A DNA stretch of 64,000 nucleotides, taken from contig JAQOWU010000001.1 of the NCBI GenBank assembly GCA_030867685.1, positions 372,001 through 436,000 on the forward strand. Reading direction: 5' to 3'. Each line of letters begins with the position of its first letter. The stretch's first letter is position 1. The notes below the pieces were generated by a model that was not told the origin of the DNA, searched no databases, and saw nothing but the letters and a program-made list of their open reading frames with translations. A program made the translations under genes and the position numbers. This DNA comes from Wickerhamiella versatilis (taxonomy: Eukaryota). Positions 61,227 to 64,000 of the stretch are shown here, piece by piece.

Positions 61227-61568
61227 GTTGAAAACCTGCTGAGTCAGTGGTCTTCTGGAGGTACGGTCAGCTGGTAAGCAATAATTTGATAGAATTAGTA
61301 GAGTATTTCACATTTCAAAAGTTTAAATTCGAACAAATAGCTCTTTTTTCCTTTTATTGTTTGAAAATATTTCCTTAATGTCTCACCACGCTTTTTTCAT
61401 ATCTTACCAGTGTCTCAGGGATCGTCAAGGATAGTTAATGGCAATAATAGTTGATTAAACATCAACTGAAGGAAGTCTAAAGAAGTATAGAATTTCTTCT
61501 GCAGAGAATCATAATGAGTTTTGCTAAAGTGACACTCTACACATGTAATCAGTCAGCCTTCGTACACT

Positions 61569-63095
61569 ATGGACGACGAAGCCCTTTACCGACAAGCCCT
61601 TACGATTCTTGATGATCCGCAAGTTGGTGGTGAGGAAGAAAGAATGGAAGCTGTCGAGGATCTGGTCCGTGACGTTCGCTCGAGCACCTGTGGTAGCGCA
61701 GAGCTTGAGCGTCTCGTATTAGATATACTATGGGAACACCGAACAGGAAAAAAACCCAAAGCAAAGGTTGTAGGTAAAAAGGCAACACAACAATTAAAAC
61801 TCCCTGACCCTGCAATTGGATGGAAATCGTCCGCAGAGAGTTCTAAGAAGAAGGGCAGGCAGCAAAAATGGATCCGGCTGGAAGATCTACCCGAGGGGGG
61901 AGAGGATCAGAATGATAAGAATTCCTCACCCTTCGAAATGTTGAGAACTCTTCTTGGAAACGATGCAAGTGATGCTGATATCGAACGCGTGTTAGCCCAT
62001 AACGAATTTGATATTGGACGGACTGTAGATATGCTTATGAGCACTTCCGCGCCACAGCAAGAAGAATCTGAGGATCAGTTTACACCCGCAGCTCCTCAAG
62101 AAGAGGTTATCACGAAGGAAAGGATTGCTTCACGTATTATGTGTAAATACTTCCTACAGTCTGGTATTTGCATGCGAGGCAACGATTGTATGTACAGCCA
62201 TGATATTTCGCAGCGCATATGTCGCTTCTGGTTACAAGGTCGTTGCCTAGCAGACGATAAGTGTGTTTTCTTACATGAAATCCCTGGAGAAATAGTTTCA
62301 AAACTGAGTATCTCTGGACCTAAAGAGCCTGCAAAACCTCCGAAAATCGACAATCTGCCGGCTCTTGGAACTAAAAGAAGTCAATTAACAGGCCGTGGAG
62401 ATGCCAGTAGACCTGCATCAGCAGTCGAAGTGGAAAGTGGTCCTACCTTGCCTGCCACGAGACCTGGAGCGAAGTTTGATTTTGCAAGCACACTGAAAAA
62501 GAAAAAAGAGGCTGGAAAGTTGCCTGATATAAGTGTAAACCGAGGGCGCGTTCCGATTGCAGTACCACGTCGCGTACCATGGAAAAATCCTGATTTTGGG
62601 ATTAACCAAGAGTATGTTGACTTAAGGCAATCGGCGAAACGGCTGGGTGAACTTAGAAATAAGTATCTCCAGCTTGCAACGAATGCTTGGAGTGCGAATG
62701 ACCCAGCAGCAGCAAAAGCATTTTCAAAGCGTGGTCAAAATTTCCATCAACGCATGATAGATGCATATTTTGAAGGAGCTAGCCTTCTTTGGGAGCAACG
62801 ACTCAAGCCAACCAGTGAGTTATACGTGGATTTGCATGGGTTAGAGCTAGGAAAGGCCATAGACCAGCTCGAATCGCGGCTGAATGAAATCGAGTCACAA
62901 GATAAGGCAGAGCCTCGTGTGGCTTATATTTTATGCAGCCGAGGTCACTTCAAAGTAAAGCATCACTCCGATCAGTTAACACAGCATGTGCGCGTGTTTC
63001 TTGATGAACACGGATACTTACATAGAGACTTTGGTGAAGATCCAACCTTTGGCAGGATAATTGGGGTTGATCCTTGGTCTAGCATACGTAAATAA
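61569..63095 (+). CDS. CUE-like + tandem CCCH zinc finger + DUF1771/Smr domain protein
   Basis: CUE-like PFEMLRTLLG...IERVLAHNEFDIGRTVDML; CKYFLQSGICMRGNDCMYSH and CRFWLQGRCLADDKCVFLH; RNKYLQLATNAW..AAKAFS; Smr YVDLHGL. Confidence 0.85.
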   Translation: MDDEALYRQALTILDDPQVGGEEERMEAVEDLVRDVRSSTCGSAELERLVLDILWEHRTGKKPKAKVVGKKATQQLKLPDPAIGWKSSAESSKKKGRQQKWIRLEDLPEGGEDQNDKNSSPFEMLRTLLGNDASDADIERVLAHNEFDIGRTVDMLMSTSAPQQEESEDQFTPAAPQEEVITKERIASRIMCKYFLQSGICMRGNDCMYSHDISQRICRFWLQGRCLADDKCVFLHEIPGEIVSKLSISGPKEPAKPPKIDNLPALGTKRSQLTGRGDASRPASAVEVESGPTLPATRPGAKFDFASTLKKKKEAGKLPDISVNRGRVPIAVPRRVPWKNPDFGINQEYVDLRQSAKRLGELRNKYLQLATNAWSANDPAAAKAFSKRGQNFHQRMIDAYFEGASLLWEQRLKPTSELYVDLHGLELGKAIDQLESRLNEIESQDKAEPRVAYILCSRGHFKVKHHSDQLTQHVRVFLDEHGYLHRDFGEDPTFGRIIGVDPWSSIRK

Positions 63096-63366
63096 TAAAA
63101 GATTTAAGTACACTCGTGACTTTGTCCTTAGATTTATTGATAGACGCTTTAAGATTTTAGGTCTCAATTTATGCATCCTCATTTAACATCATAAAGCCTA
63201 CATCACCATCCCTGATTCACTGATTGCACCCAAACTTGTTATGAGAATTATATGAGTAGTGAAACCAAAAATTTATAGAACTAAGCTAAATTATGTGCTA
63301 AAAAATGTTTCAATATGCTTAGACACACCCGCCAAAGATTGAGCTGTTTTGTCATGCTATAAGTAG

Positions 63367-63876
63367 TTAGAGAGTGTTGCTACGCCACTTCTCAATGCCT
63401 TTCTGGAGAACCTTCCAATTAACACCATTAGATACGTGAACGAAGGTAACCCCGAGCCTCTCGACGTCTCGATTTCTTGACTCATCGTCAAAGAATAGCA
63501 TTTGATCAAAGTTAACTCCCGTATGCAATTGAAGCTCTTTGAAATGTTGAAGCTTCGTAGATGTACCCCATGCTGTGAATGCAAACATCGTGGATGCTGG
63601 TTTACCGTCGATCCAAATCATCGAAAGTAATGACTGCGCTACTCGAGGCGCATGCGTTCTGCTTGCTAGGCATATTTGTAAATCATCTCGTGACGCCAAG
63701 GTCTGCAAGATTTCCGGGACGTCTCGGTAGAAACGGAAGTTATCACCATAAGAATCAATCGCTGATGTGTGATCGACGGTTGGCTTTAGTGGTAATGTGA
63801 CATGCGTGTCGCACCAGAAGGGCCAAAGTGTATAGTCAAGGTCAAAAACTATAACTTTGGGCAGTGGACCTTCCAT
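63367..63876 (-). CDS. MDP1: Magnesium-dependent phosphatase 1 (HAD IIIC)
   Basis: PKVIVFDLDYTLWPFWCDTH, ASRT, K..HF, MLFFDDESRN. Confidence 0.92.
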   Translation of the reverse strand: MEGPLPKVIVFDLDYTLWPFWCDTHVTLPLKPTVDHTSAIDSYGDNFRFYRDVPEILQTLASRDDLQICLASRTHAPRVAQSLLSMIWIDGKPASTMFAFTAWGTSTKLQHFKELQLHTGVNFDQMLFFDDESRNRDVERLGVTFVHVSNGVNWKVLQKGIEKWRSNTL

Positions 63877-64000
63877 TAAATATTATAACAACTTAGTTTT
63901 TTTTGACTGAAGGTGCGAGAAAAGGAGTAATTATTGTTTACGTAACGTATCGGGAAATAACAACATATGCAAAGTCAAATGCCCTGCATAGAGGTGTGAG

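Noticed and set aside
1..64000. Bacteria-derived operon, transposon or CRISPR array
   Set aside because: Every recognisable protein is of eukaryotic type; I saw no transposase, reverse transcriptase, LTR or repeat-spacer structure.

Overview
A eukaryotic (budding-yeast) chromosomal segment that is very gene-dense, with no intron needed for any gene model. It holds about 38 protein-coding genes and two tRNA genes (Glu-CTC, Asn-GTT). Most genes are housekeeping orthologues: STE4-like G-beta, NAT/UapA-type purine permease, TAE1, PPX1, SSH1, RTT10, MET16, AIM34-like, SOD1, UTP20, BCP1, MTQ2, GPA1-like G-alpha, SLM1/RGC1-like BAR-PH, RHO1, ZWF1, NAR1, APE1, YME2, ULP1, MUS81, PET123, VPS36, HYM1, Sec7-PH GEF, BAT1, C2H2 protein, MFS permease, GGA, EAF1, CCCH-Smr protein and MDP1. 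Shortened, divergent proteins and tiny intergenic gaps suggest a compact-genome early-diverging Saccharomycotina yeast such as Wickerhamiella/Starmerella (inference only). I found no transposon, CRISPR array or bacterial-type operon. Most notable: (1) a G-beta and a G-alpha that both carry substitutions at normally conserved residues of their shared interface, with an Arf-like myristoylation-type N-terminus on the G-beta; (2) head-to-head TAE1/PPX1 start codons only 14-23 bp apart; (3) an SLM1-like protein with a ~1000-aa tail containing 46-aa tandem repeats and an 11-mer amphipathic end; (4) a candidate structured ncRNA upstream of an orphan zinc-ribbon gene; (5) several orphan small proteins. 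All calls are by-eye motif recognition; no database search was run.
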